Source: Corallochytrium limacisporum Hawaii (taxonomy: Eukaryota > Protista > Pluriformea). Taken from it: a stretch of 64,000 nucleotides of DNA. A model generated the notes under the pieces. That model searched no databases. It was given only the letters and a program-made list of their open reading frames with translations, and was not told where the DNA came from. Position numbers and translations under genes: made by a program. The stretch covers positions 40,938 through 104,937 of the forward strand of contig PDIP01000113.1 in assembly GCA_002811645.1 (NCBI GenBank), read 5' to 3'. Shown piece after piece: positions 33,855 to 44,423 of this stretch (the first letter of the stretch is position 1; each line of letters opens with the position of its first letter).

Positions 33855-36728
33855 ATGAGAGGAGGTCCATTCTGGACCGCAGACCTGACGGATCCGGAAT
33901 GGCAACTGTACTTTGGGGAAGAAGCCACATCGGTTAGACACAAGAGCCTCAGGAGCGCGGTGTTTCCGGTGGCCATCTGGGAGCGACAGATAAGCTCTGT
34001 GAGCTGGTGCGTGTGGAAGAGCATCCAAGGGCCCAAAGTAATTGACGCCATCCGTTGCGGCGGAAAGAGCACGGTGTGGCACCCAACAAGTAATAGTGAC
34101 ATCCTCGCTCTGTGCCAAAATGTACTCAAGGGTGATTCATTCGCTCGGAGCATGGCCATGGCGGCAGACGGCAGCGAGGGTCCGTCACCATCGGCATCGA
34201 CGGCTACATCAACACTGCCGTCCTTCGATCTGACAACTGCGCACATACCTGAGTGCGGTGCCCGGGTGGTGGCTGTGTTGTTCAGGCCCCATCACAGCAG
34301 CACAGAAGATTGTTATGCAGTAGTTTGCACTGTTGCAGTAGATCGAGACGGATATTTGTCAGTTGATGATCAGAACACTAGTGCCAGAGACATAACGGGA
34401 CCCAGTGACAACAATGCTGCCCGGAGGCGTCTGATCCACAGTATCTTGCTACAGACCCTGCAGCACAGCCTGTCTGCGGTTGCGAATCGCCTGTGGCGCT
34501 TGATGGCCAATGTGGGCATCATATCAGCGCCTCTCAGTGAATCAGATCCTGGCGGCACTGGGGTTAACAGGAGCGAAGGAGGTTCAATAGGGGCATCACC
34601 TCCCCTGTATACACAATGCTGCCTAAAGTTTCGCTATTGGAGCCTGCGCATCCTCCTGGACCAACATAGTGTGCGCCATGCAATCGCACACAGTCACGAA
34701 CTCCAATCTCGAGTGACCACTTCACAGAGTGTGCTGGCTTCAGTTGAAGTCTTGGAGAAAGACAAGAATAGTGCTGCCTCAGACACCTGCATTGGCCTGT
34801 CACAGACGTTCCTAAGCCCGGAGTGGCTGCTGAAGGGTGAGCTTGATGGCTTAGAGTGCGAGACGTGCCCCCCCAACAGGGACGGAGAGCAGACCTGCCT
34901 GAAGGTGTCATCTTTATCAAAAGATGGCAAAGGATGGCCGTCTGTGCAAGCTCTCGATAGTGAGGACGAATCTGTCCCTGGTGGAGAAGGTCGTGGGATG
35001 GGCAAGGATGGAGCGGCTTCCACTGTGCCACCCACATTCGTTGAACAAGACTCAACCTCATCTTCCCCTGGAGCAGGGATAGATCAGCACCACGATCAAT
35101 CTGAATCGCCGCAGAGTGAAAAAGTTTCTGGCAGTGCAAGAGATCTCCGAAACATGAGCCCACGGACCACGTTGCGCTCCCGCAGTGACAGTCCGACGAA
35201 ACGAATCCGATCCTACACTGGAAGCAGGGGCAGCAAACCAGCGCAAATCAATCCCTCCCTCAGAAACCATCGCGCTGCGTCACAGCTAAAATCGACAAAA
35301 TCGAGCAAACTGGGGTCTTTGTTTCCACAGCCGTACCTCTCCGACGTTGGTGTGGTCATGCGCGCCCTCAACGGCATGCTGACTACCTCAGGTCAGTGCG
35401 TTGTGATTGGTACGCGCCTGGACGAGGTGCACCGCATGGTGCGGACCTTGGCCGTCTTTTTGACACCCGCGGAACGTTTGCTTTGTCGTTTAGACCAGAC
35501 AGGAGCGCCTGAGCTTTATTCTCCGACACTGCTGGTACAGGGCGTGGTGTTGGATGCCGACCTCCTGGCCTCAACTGAGACGGTCGACGCTTTAGTAACA
35601 CACAAAGGGCGTGCCAGGGCGTTCTCCGCCTCTGATCTATGCAGTGGGGCCGGCGACCCATCACAGGTAGAGCAACAGCCGAAGGAATGGTCTGCAGTTA
35701 TGGATCATAATTTGCAACGGCTGTTGCGCGCAATGCCACTAATGCGCAGCATCATGCCCACCACTGTAGTGGTTATTGACAATGGACAGGTCCACCGCAC
35801 TCTGCTCGGCAATGATTTTTGTCGCGTGCGCATGCAAGTCATTGCCTGGGAGGTCCAGCACATGCCTACGCCGCGATACGAAGGCATGCTCCTCAGCAGA
35901 CAGCTGCATGACCTGGTTGACAGCAGAAGTAGTGGTCCTGATAACCTCTCGCACAGCAGTGACCGCATAGCTGGCAAGGAAACGCAACTGCGGGAGTCGC
36001 AGAGGCATGTGCCACCGTTGCGCGTTAGCCATGACATTCTCCGACTAACCACTAACGCTCCTGCCCTTGCCACACAGCGGATGATGGCTGCATTATGTCT
36101 TGCAAGCTACTATCTACGCCGAAGGAGGCATACGTTGATGTCAAGCGCCAGCGCCTCTGCTCCCGAGGAGAACGCTCTCGTGCGGCCAGACAGCGTGATA
36201 GAGCCCATACTTAAGTCTTTTGTCAAACGCTGGGATCGAGGTGCCGTCGCCGTCATGGCGATGTTGGCCCAACCAGAACGGTCATCATCAAGTATGGAAC
36301 CACAGCTGGCTTTGGAGCAGGCGAGGCCTTCTTCTGCTTCAGCGTCTGCCAGAGTGCAGCCGAATACAACGGCTGGTAACAGCTCAGACCATGTTGCTGA
36401 TGGGACACAGTCGGCCACTGCTGCAGGTTCAGAGCAGCCGATGCCGTCGACGGCTGCGGGTCGGTTTCAAGCTGCGCTTTCGGGTGTGCTTCGGAGTCCA
36501 CGGTCGTCTCCTGTACGTAAGACAAAGGGTCCTGCAGCCGCAGCTCAGTGCATGCCACCCCCTTTGTACCTAACCGCGCCACCACTAACATCGATCAACC
36601 GCAGTTCAGTCCTGCAGCTCCAGACGACGCTCACGGCCTCAGAGGCTGACGTTCTGTGTTTCCTTGGCACTGCAGAACGTTTATCGCCGTCGTCCGCTAG
36701 CAAACTGTCGGCGCTCTTCTCGGGATAG
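33855..36728 (+). CDS. C9orf72: C9orf72-like DENN/longin-family protein with large low-complexity insertions
   Basis: First ATG is 33855 (957 aa). WKSIQGPKV resembles WDNILGPRV. CVVIG...EVHRMVRTLAVFLTPAER...YSPTLLVQGV resembles VVVG...KVNKIVRTLCLFLTPAER...YESGLFVQGL. PTT and AERLSP motifs are also present. Confidence 0.8.
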   Translation: MRGGPFWTADLTDPEWQLYFGEEATSVRHKSLRSAVFPVAIWERQISSVSWCVWKSIQGPKVIDAIRCGGKSTVWHPTSNSDILALCQNVLKGDSFARSMAMAADGSEGPSPSASTATSTLPSFDLTTAHIPECGARVVAVLFRPHHSSTEDCYAVVCTVAVDRDGYLSVDDQNTSARDITGPSDNNAARRRLIHSILLQTLQHSLSAVANRLWRLMANVGIISAPLSESDPGGTGVNRSEGGSIGASPPLYTQCCLKFRYWSLRILLDQHSVRHAIAHSHELQSRVTTSQSVLASVEVLEKDKNSAASDTCIGLSQTFLSPEWLLKGELDGLECETCPPNRDGEQTCLKVSSLSKDGKGWPSVQALDSEDESVPGGEGRGMGKDGAASTVPPTFVEQDSTSSSPGAGIDQHHDQSESPQSEKVSGSARDLRNMSPRTTLRSRSDSPTKRIRSYTGSRGSKPAQINPSLRNHRAASQLKSTKSSKLGSLFPQPYLSDVGVVMRALNGMLTTSGQCVVIGTRLDEVHRMVRTLAVFLTPAERLLCRLDQTGAPELYSPTLLVQGVVLDADLLASTETVDALVTHKGRARAFSASDLCSGAGDPSQVEQQPKEWSAVMDHNLQRLLRAMPLMRSIMPTTVVVIDNGQVHRTLLGNDFCRVRMQVIAWEVQHMPTPRYEGMLLSRQLHDLVDSRSSGPDNLSHSSDRIAGKETQLRESQRHVPPLRVSHDILRLTTNAPALATQRMMAALCLASYYLRRRRHTLMSSASASAPEENALVRPDSVIEPILKSFVKRWDRGAVAVMAMLAQPERSSSSMEPQLALEQARPSSASASARVQPNTTAGNSSDHVADGTQSATAAGSEQPMPSTAAGRFQAALSGVLRSPRSSPVRKTKGPAAAAQCMPPPLYLTAPPLTSINRSSVLQLQTTLTASEADVLCFLGTAERLSPSSASKLSALFSG

Positions 36729-37059
36729 TCACTGACTTAAGTGCGGTGTACGCTGGGTGAACACCGACTCGCGGGGGAGGGGAGTCCGCCGGCGAGGCGC
36801 CGACCCTCCCTCCTCGCTCCTTTTCCGTGTCCGCGAAAGATCTGTTTCACCCGCGCACAGCTATTTAATTTGGATAGCAGACTGATCTAATTTGTACTGG
36901 ATTGTCATAGCGTAATTTGTTAAGACCCTATTAAAAATAATGTGAATAGTTTAGAAATCTATCTTTGTTGCGCACGGCGGTCAGGCAGTATAGACTGATG
37001 AATGACTAAGAAAGTCGTGCTGATGCTTCGGAAATGAGTGCACGGAAAATGCAAGCGAC

Positions 37060-39486
37060 ATGGCCCTCAGACTCGAAAGTAGCAAGCTCAGAAATGACGG
37101 TTTCGAAGTCGTAGCCCTTGGATATGAAGGTACCTGCTTTCTCATCGCCGTAGATCAGCTGGAGACTGCGTCTCACAGGTGGTTGCTAGTTGGTCTACCT
37201 CCAACACCTCGAGATGTGATCAAACTCGAAAAGAGCCTTGAAAAGGAATACAAACTCGAGCGCCATGGTAATACGGAAGAGCATAAGGATCTGTCCTGGC
37301 GAGCACACAGACAAAAGAGCGTAGATGCGTGGGACACGCTCCGGGACTTCGGCCCAGCCATCAGCACCGTTCTAATCAGCTGCCCAGAGGATGCCATGCG
37401 CTGGCCTTGGTATTGGGAGCATATACTTTCAGAACAATTTGCTGATGAATGTACGGTACCACCACAAATCTACGCCACAGCTGCATGTGCTCGGTGGTAC
37501 ACAGTCATGGTCCGCAGTGCACTGGTGGCACAGCTTCCACAGATCCCGAAAATCTACGGCCTCAGTTTCAATCAGATCGCGGGTGTGGGTATCGACAACG
37601 ATGGCAGTATCTGTGCAGAAACAGAAGCCACTGTGGTGTTTGAGGCTTTGCGTTCTGGTAGTGGAGTGATGCGATGCCACTGGCTTCTCGGATTAAATGC
37701 AGGCACGGGCGATCCGCGCGCACTGTGTGTCGGTGGGGGTTTACTAGTTCTCAGCCACTGCGCCGTGGTGGACCATAGTCTGAGCAGAAGGCCGGCAACG
37801 CTGGAGCGACGGACCCCGAGCGTTGTGCTCTTTGGCGTCGGAGAGCAGGTTCTAGACAGTAATGGCAGCTTACCAGGAACTACGACATGTGTGGCAGAGC
37901 AGAGTGAGGATAGCGACACAGTTAATGAGATGTCCATTGGGGTAGAATTGCAGCCCACGATGGCCCAGGTTGTGAAGATAGCTCTCGATAGGGAGGCCAG
38001 AGACCTCTCTTCCCCATTCGTAGACATTGATGGTAGCTACAGAACCGAAGGACTCCGTCTGTTGGCGCCATGCACACTGGAGACCCTAGTAACCACTGTA
38101 GTGAAGTGCATAGAGGGTAAAATGCAGTGCAGCACCTCAACACAGAAACCAACCGCAGCCGTTATTTTGCCTATGGTCGGTCATGGTTTGCTCCTGACCA
38201 GAGCGATGCCCGCCATCCTGGATGTGTTGATGCGCATGATGCCACGGCTGCTGACACCATTGGCCAAATCTGCAGACAAAGGTAAGACCGCTGACACGAG
38301 CGAAGAAGCTGTTGGCAGCGCTTCTGGCACATCTCTACTTTCTACTCATCCCGTGGACGTAACAGCTGCCGCTAATGTCCAACGACCCTGTCTGATAATT
38401 CTCGACCGGCATCCCGAGGTTCTGCTCGAGACCATGCTGGCCCACGTCGAGGACAGCCGTGGACATGGGAGTGATGGTGGACTAAAGCCCGAGCAGACCA
38501 TGCATTTGGTGCAACGCGCAAGGCGCAGCGGAGTGTTGCAACTCTTGCAAGATGTCAAGCATATCAAGGAGATGCTTCAGGAGGGCAGGCAGTGTGTCGT
38601 TATGATCCGACGAGACGCTCGGCTGCCCGAGGACCTTGCAGACATTACTGAGACCATTGAGGCAGCGGGAGAAGGCCAGGTGACGTGTTGGGTGCTGGAC
38701 ACGGGAGACCCGGACCAGCGGCGAGGATCATCATTGCTCAGCGACGATACTTTCAGCGGACACAAACGGCCACCAGAGCTGTGGCGACACAATTTGATGG
38801 CCGGTGAACCAGCTGCAGAACTTTTACGATGGGCACTTAATCGATCCTCGCAGCCAGTGGAGCAGGAACAACAGCCATGCGTCGTTGGCCCAGACGAACA
38901 ATCGTCGGCACCACGAGGTGGACTGTTGCCGCTCCCGTCTGTACCGCCAGTGCGCACTCAACCGCAGTCATCCGGCACACATCCAATCATCCCCGGCCGC
39001 AGCCTGCTCGGTGCGGCACCGCACATCACACCCGTGACCACACTATCACAGCAAGAAGAGCCACCGCGTATGCCCGAACCTGTATCCAAACGCCAGCGCA
39101 TGTCGCCATCAATGACACTGTCCTCAACGGAAGCCAAACCGCATTTGCTACCGTCACAAGTGGTGCTGGTGCCAATGGCGGCAGTAAAGGGCAGAGCACT
39201 GTCCGCGGTCGCAAAGGAACTCGGTATTGAAGGTGACTACGAGCCGAGATGGCAATCGCAAGAGGGTGGATATGTCGCCTTCGAGGGTGCCTTGCGAAGA
39301 GCGGCACGCGAGGATCAGGATACAACACGCCTGGCCATGCAAACCACCATCACTGCAGGCCTGGATGCGCTGGATCCAAAGGTTGAAGTTATCCTAAGGG
39401 ATTCAAAGGAGGCCACCTTCACAGTCCACCGCAGCAGCCAACGCCCTGCCCAATACTACATTAGACCAGAGGAATCACCTCCCTGA
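37060..39486 (+). CDS. Divergent, catalytically inactive MBL/beta-CASP protein, possibly Integrator subunit 9-like
   Basis: 808-aa ORF. ISTVLIS...WPW...QIYAT, LRSGSGVMRCHWLL and AVILPMVGHG loosely match INTS9/CPSF100 motifs (VDVILIS...LPY...VYAT; SSGYxLGSSNWII; VLVPC). No HxHxDH motif. Confidence 0.5.
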   Translation: MALRLESSKLRNDGFEVVALGYEGTCFLIAVDQLETASHRWLLVGLPPTPRDVIKLEKSLEKEYKLERHGNTEEHKDLSWRAHRQKSVDAWDTLRDFGPAISTVLISCPEDAMRWPWYWEHILSEQFADECTVPPQIYATAACARWYTVMVRSALVAQLPQIPKIYGLSFNQIAGVGIDNDGSICAETEATVVFEALRSGSGVMRCHWLLGLNAGTGDPRALCVGGGLLVLSHCAVVDHSLSRRPATLERRTPSVVLFGVGEQVLDSNGSLPGTTTCVAEQSEDSDTVNEMSIGVELQPTMAQVVKIALDREARDLSSPFVDIDGSYRTEGLRLLAPCTLETLVTTVVKCIEGKMQCSTSTQKPTAAVILPMVGHGLLLTRAMPAILDVLMRMMPRLLTPLAKSADKGKTADTSEEAVGSASGTSLLSTHPVDVTAAANVQRPCLIILDRHPEVLLETMLAHVEDSRGHGSDGGLKPEQTMHLVQRARRSGVLQLLQDVKHIKEMLQEGRQCVVMIRRDARLPEDLADITETIEAAGEGQVTCWVLDTGDPDQRRGSSLLSDDTFSGHKRPPELWRHNLMAGEPAAELLRWALNRSSQPVEQEQQPCVVGPDEQSSAPRGGLLPLPSVPPVRTQPQSSGTHPIIPGRSLLGAAPHITPVTTLSQQEEPPRMPEPVSKRQRMSPSMTLSSTEAKPHLLPSQVVLVPMAAVKGRALSAVAKELGIEGDYEPRWQSQEGGYVAFEGALRRAAREDQDTTRLAMQTTITAGLDALDPKVEVILRDSKEATFTVHRSSQRPAQYYIRPEESPP

Positions 39487-40572
39487 GTTCAATCCTAGGG
39501 ACACAAAAGATCACCATCCAGAACAAAAGTTTCACGCGCAGAAAGCGTACAGTCGAGTGTCTATAGTGCAACTCCCGTCCCGACACGTGACCCCCAACAC
39601 AACCCACTCTGCCCGATTTCTGAATATGTGGCAACAAATTACATACGGTCCTTCTTAATAATCTTCATCGTCAATGATATATATATTTATTTTATATCCG
39701 GATTATTTTCAATTCCCCGGCAGCCTCGTGGCAGGGCACGTAGTGGTAGTGGGCTACGATTAAGAAAATTTTATGGGCAATAAAAGTGCAACCCTCCCCT
39801 CTCCCCTTTTTTCGCCCAATAAAGAAAACAACCGGAAAAAAAAAGAAAAAAGGAAAGAAATGAAAAAAAGAAGGGGGGGGGGACCGACCGGGCGACGAGG
39901 AAGAGTTGGTGTTGGTGGCCCCGGTGGCTGGCAAAGTGGAGACTCTAATGCTGGCAAATGGGGCAAAAGGGGCCCGGGGGGGGGCATCGAAAAGCAAAAA
40001 AAGAAAAGGGAAAATACAATAAAAAGGAATGAGACCGGTTCGGCCGGTGGTGGTGGTCTCACCCCCACCGATCCCAAACGGCCACGGCCCCGCGGGGGGG
40101 GGGTGGGGGGCCCCAGGGTGCGGGAACCGCGGAGAGGACCCCCCCCCCCGAAGGGTGGCGAGCAGCGCCCAGTGCTTCAGTACCCGCGGCTGGCAATTCC
40201 AGAAACCCGCGGAGCAAAAAAATAAAAAAAAAAGAAAAAGGAAAAATGGAAAACAAAAAAAAGCAATAACAATTCCGTCACTGCCGGGGTGCCTCCCTGC
40301 CCATAGTCTGACTACTGTGCTCTTCTACCCACCAACCTCGCCACCTCCCCAATCCTTGCTCTTAGCCACACGGAGGCTGCCGGGAGCGCGGAAAGCCCCG
40401 GCACCCCCCCCCCTCTCTCTCCCCCGGTGCCAGCCAGCCAGCCAGCCTGCCAGCCTGTCCGCCCTTCCCCCTTCCCAGCGCCACCTGCCCCGGCCTTAAT
40501 CGCGAAGGACCTCTGCCGTGGAGTAAGAGAGAAAGAACAGTCAGCACAAACCCGGAGGCCCCTCTCCCCCCC

Positions 40573-40795
40573 NNNNNNNNNNNNNNNNNNNNNNNNNNNN
40601 NNNNNNNNNNNNNNNNNNNNNNNNNNNNNNNNNNNNNNNNNNNNNNNNNNNNNNNNNNNNNNNNNNNNNNNNNNNNNNNNNNNNNNNNNNNNNNNNNNNN
40701 NNNNNNNNNNNNNNNNNNNNNNNNNNNNNNNNNNNNNNNNNNNNNNNNNNNNNNNNNNNNNNNNNNNNNNNNNNNNNNNNNNNNNNNNNNNNNNN
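40573..40795. other. Assembly gap
   Basis: N-run flanked by C-runs. Confidence 0.99.
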
Positions 40796-41520
40796 CCCCC
40801 GCGGGGCGGGGAGCGCGATAGCGAAAGTGCGTGGTGACCTCTCCCTAACCGGGGGTTCATGCCGGATGGCTTGGCTGGCTCCCTTGGTTGGTGCCCAGTT
40901 TTTCTGTGGCTTTGGGGGAGCTGCTGGGGGCCAGCTCGTGCACTTTCGTTTCCCTTCTCGGCACCGGAAGAAAAAAGGAAAAAGAGAGAGAGGGAGAGCC
41001 AGTGCAAAAGATAAGCAAAAAAAAAAAAAAATAAACACCGGCAGAAAACAGAGAAAAAAAAAGCCGGGCCGCCCGTTTACTACCCAACGCGGGAGGGGCT
41101 CACCTCCTCCCACCGCCTCCTCCCCTTCACTACCACACACTGTCGTGTGTGTTGTTAGTTGGTAGCAATCATGATACGGCTACTGTCTTTGGCTGGTGGT
41201 CATGTGCAAGTTGTGTTGCGGTTAACTTACTCGGGTTCATTCGCTCCCTCTTGTTTATGGCCTGGAACACTGAAAGGTATGTCAAGTGTAATGTCGTGGA
41301 TCAAACTGTGTGGCGCAATCGTATCTTCAAGGAATGGAATGTGATATACGAAAAATTCAAACCAATGTGGCAATAACACCAGATAATATAGTTTAGCAAT
41401 TGTATATTGTAGTCATGGATGTGGGACTGTAAGTAAGTCGCATCTGAAAGATAAACAAGATTTAAAGACAGTAACTTTTAAAGAATCGGAATTTAACTAG
41501 CAACAAGTTTTAGTCAAATC

Positions 41521-44313
41521 ATGGCAAGTATAGACTACGGCGTCGGGGACGCCGGGTTTGACACCTACCAGGAGGAAGGAGTGGAAGAGGAAGAACTGTC
41601 TATTGATGAGACCCTCTCATTAGATCGCATCCGGCGGTATTCTCGTTCAGATTTGGTTCTGCACCGCCTTCATATTGCCAAGGACATTATTGAAGCCATT
41701 AGACAACTCAACGACAGCGACCGGGAAGGGGTTCTGAGCGTCATTCATGACCTGCACACAGATCCGGAAGCAATCATTCGCAAGACACTAGTCATGAACA
41801 TGGCAGGCATTGCCAAATATTACGGCGTGGAATTGGGCGAGGTCAGCGTAGTAAGGGAACGGATAATTCCAATTTTGAATATTTTCCTTCAGGACGTGAG
41901 TGAAGAAGTGCGGATGGCAACACACAACGCATGGATTGAATCCTTGCGTCTCCTGGAGCGCAGTGAGGTAAAGAATGTAGCAGTGCCCATGCTCACCAAA
42001 CTTGCACATGATCAACTCGAGGAGGATTTTCGGATTGAAGCACTGCAGCTTATTGCTCAGACAGCGTCTTTGCTTGAAGTCACTGTTGTGCAGGAAGATT
42101 TCCCTGCCATCTTTACCGAACTTGCTGGGGACAGCAGTCTGCGGGTTCGTAAGGCTTGTGTCTCCAATCTCCCAGATGTCTGCCGCGTGGTAGGTCCTGA
42201 GAAAGCAGCGTCAGACTTCCTACCCCTCTACCTGGGTCTAGTCCACGACGAAATCTGGGGCGTACGCAAAGCCTGCGCAGAGGCGTTGATGGCCATCAGT
42301 CAGTGTGTGGACCCGGTGGTGCGGGAGGAGAAGTTAACGGAAGTCTTTGAGAAACTGGCAGAGGACCAGAGTCGGTGGGTCCGGAGTGCTGCGTACCAGT
42401 ATTTGGGCTCGTTTGTATCAACCTTCGGACAGCCGGACGCGGTACAGACGTACGAAGAATGGCGCAAGAAATGGCGAGCACATGTCATGGCTGTCACTGA
42501 GGCACAGGATCAGGGCATAACATCTGCAAGAGGTACCCCAGCCAAGCCCGTTACCGGCGAAGGCAGCGATGTAAGTCCTGTGGCAACTGAGTACAGCCTA
42601 AATTATTGGAAGACACCAGTGCCTGCGTTGCCGGAAGATGACGGCAAAGAGACAGGGGCCACGTCAGCAGCGGATTCAATGGAAGTGGACAATGGCAACG
42701 CACCGCCGACGGACGGAGACAAGGGATACGCCAGCGCGGACGATAGTGTCACCCAGAGCGCCGGGGGCAATAGTGAAGATCCCGATTCCCGAGCCACTGG
42801 CGACGCTCCACAGGACAAGAGTTTGGTGGAGGATGAGGGAGCCGGAAGGGGCAACGTACAGAAGGCTTCAGTGGGCAATGACTTGGATCCGACCATAGTG
42901 GCACCGCCTCTGGATATTGGACACGTGCACCGCGTACCTCAGCGTTTGTTGGACCGCTATGCTGGCGTTATCAATTTGCATGGGCGTCAAGCCGACAGCG
43001 ATGCAGCGTACAATTGCGCGTACAATTTGCCTGCTGTAATCATGACCATGGGTCCCTCCAGCTGGGAGTTCCTGGGTAGTATTTACATTACCTTGGCCAG
43101 GGACCACATGCAATGGAAGGTCCGGCGAACCCTAGCCTGCAGTATACATGATGTTGCAGCCATCCTAGGAACAGAAATTGCAGAACGTGATCTGATACCA
43201 GTGTTCAACACGTTCATCAAGGACTTGGACGAAGTCAAAGTGGGAGCCATTAACCACATGGCTGAGTTCCTGGAGATGCTCACACCGGAAAAGCGCCAGG
43301 AGTATCTGCCCACTCTCAAGGAACTGCAGGAGGGCGAAAATCGCCACAACTGGCGCTTTCGCAAGATGCTCAGTGAACAATTGATCCAACTGCACGGCCT
43401 CTTTACAGCCCAGGACGTCCTCACCTACATTGCACCGGTGGCCTTCCACATGGCCAACGACAGTGTTCACTGCGTGCGCCGGGTCGCGAATCAGGCACTT
43501 GGACTGATATACACAAAGCTTCTGCGGTGTAGCCAGGCCACTGGCAATACAGAGCAGGCCAATGAGTTCAGCCGCCGCATCCTCGATCAGTTCGCATCTG
43601 GCCAGAGCTATAAAGACCGCCAGAATTACTTGAACATCGCGGCGGAATTGATTCCTCACGCCCAACCGGAGCATTTCATTCAGCACCATTTGAAACACGT
43701 GCTGAAGTTGGCCAGCGATCCAGTCATTAACGTCCGCATCACTTCTGGCCGCGTTCTGCGCGAAGTCGTGATGAACACTGACTACCTCGCCAACCGCGCC
43801 GAAGAGCTTGGAATCAATGCGGCGTTGAAGAAACTCCGCGACGATGAAGATATTGACGTCGCGCAAATGGCCGGCAGTACGCGCTCCGAACGTATTGTAC
43901 GGCGCAGCGTCTGCGAGAACAACCCCGACCGGTCCAAGTCCGAGGCCGCGGCAGCCCGCGTTGAGCAGGAGCTGGGCTCCAATCCCCATTCGCCGGCGGC
44001 AGTGAGCCCGTCAGCACCCAGTGGCGAGATCGTGATGGACTCCAGTGTCGTTAGCGCGGAGAATCCGAGCAATTTAATCGCTGAGCGCGGCCAATTAGAG
44101 GAAGGAATTGCTGAGGAGGGCCATGACACGTCAGGCAGTGATGACGATGATTTGGAGGACGACTCAATGTCACCGGGCCCACCGCAAGCGCCGGTAGCTG
44201 ATTCGTCGACTGCCATGGACATTGCGTCCCCAGCAGCACCACCACAAGAAACCATAGCGAGTACAAGCGAGGATGACGAGAACGAGAAGCAGATAAATGG
44301 TCTGATTTCTTGA
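41521..44313 (+). CDS. PPP4R1: Serine/threonine-protein phosphatase 4 regulatory subunit 1 (HEAT repeats)
   Basis: 930 aa with DEIWGVRKACAE, DQSRWVRSAAYQYLGSFVSTF, YSLNYWKTPVP, CAYNLPAV, MQWKVRRTLACSIH and NWRFR, plus a central acidic insertion typical of PP4R1. Confidence 0.92.
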   Translation: MASIDYGVGDAGFDTYQEEGVEEEELSIDETLSLDRIRRYSRSDLVLHRLHIAKDIIEAIRQLNDSDREGVLSVIHDLHTDPEAIIRKTLVMNMAGIAKYYGVELGEVSVVRERIIPILNIFLQDVSEEVRMATHNAWIESLRLLERSEVKNVAVPMLTKLAHDQLEEDFRIEALQLIAQTASLLEVTVVQEDFPAIFTELAGDSSLRVRKACVSNLPDVCRVVGPEKAASDFLPLYLGLVHDEIWGVRKACAEALMAISQCVDPVVREEKLTEVFEKLAEDQSRWVRSAAYQYLGSFVSTFGQPDAVQTYEEWRKKWRAHVMAVTEAQDQGITSARGTPAKPVTGEGSDVSPVATEYSLNYWKTPVPALPEDDGKETGATSAADSMEVDNGNAPPTDGDKGYASADDSVTQSAGGNSEDPDSRATGDAPQDKSLVEDEGAGRGNVQKASVGNDLDPTIVAPPLDIGHVHRVPQRLLDRYAGVINLHGRQADSDAAYNCAYNLPAVIMTMGPSSWEFLGSIYITLARDHMQWKVRRTLACSIHDVAAILGTEIAERDLIPVFNTFIKDLDEVKVGAINHMAEFLEMLTPEKRQEYLPTLKELQEGENRHNWRFRKMLSEQLIQLHGLFTAQDVLTYIAPVAFHMANDSVHCVRRVANQALGLIYTKLLRCSQATGNTEQANEFSRRILDQFASGQSYKDRQNYLNIAAELIPHAQPEHFIQHHLKHVLKLASDPVINVRITSGRVLREVVMNTDYLANRAEELGINAALKKLRDDEDIDVAQMAGSTRSERIVRRSVCENNPDRSKSEAAAARVEQELGSNPHSPAAVSPSAPSGEIVMDSSVVSAENPSNLIAERGQLEEGIAEEGHDTSGSDDDDLEDDSMSPGPPQAPVADSSTAMDIASPAAPPQETIASTSEDDENEKQINGLIS

Positions 44314-44423
44314 ATGGAGTGAAATGGCACATACACTGGTAGAAAAGTATGCAAAGAATAAAGCACGTGCATGCTGTAGCACTAGATTACATTGATCATG
44401 TGGTGTCATGTATTTATGTCCCG

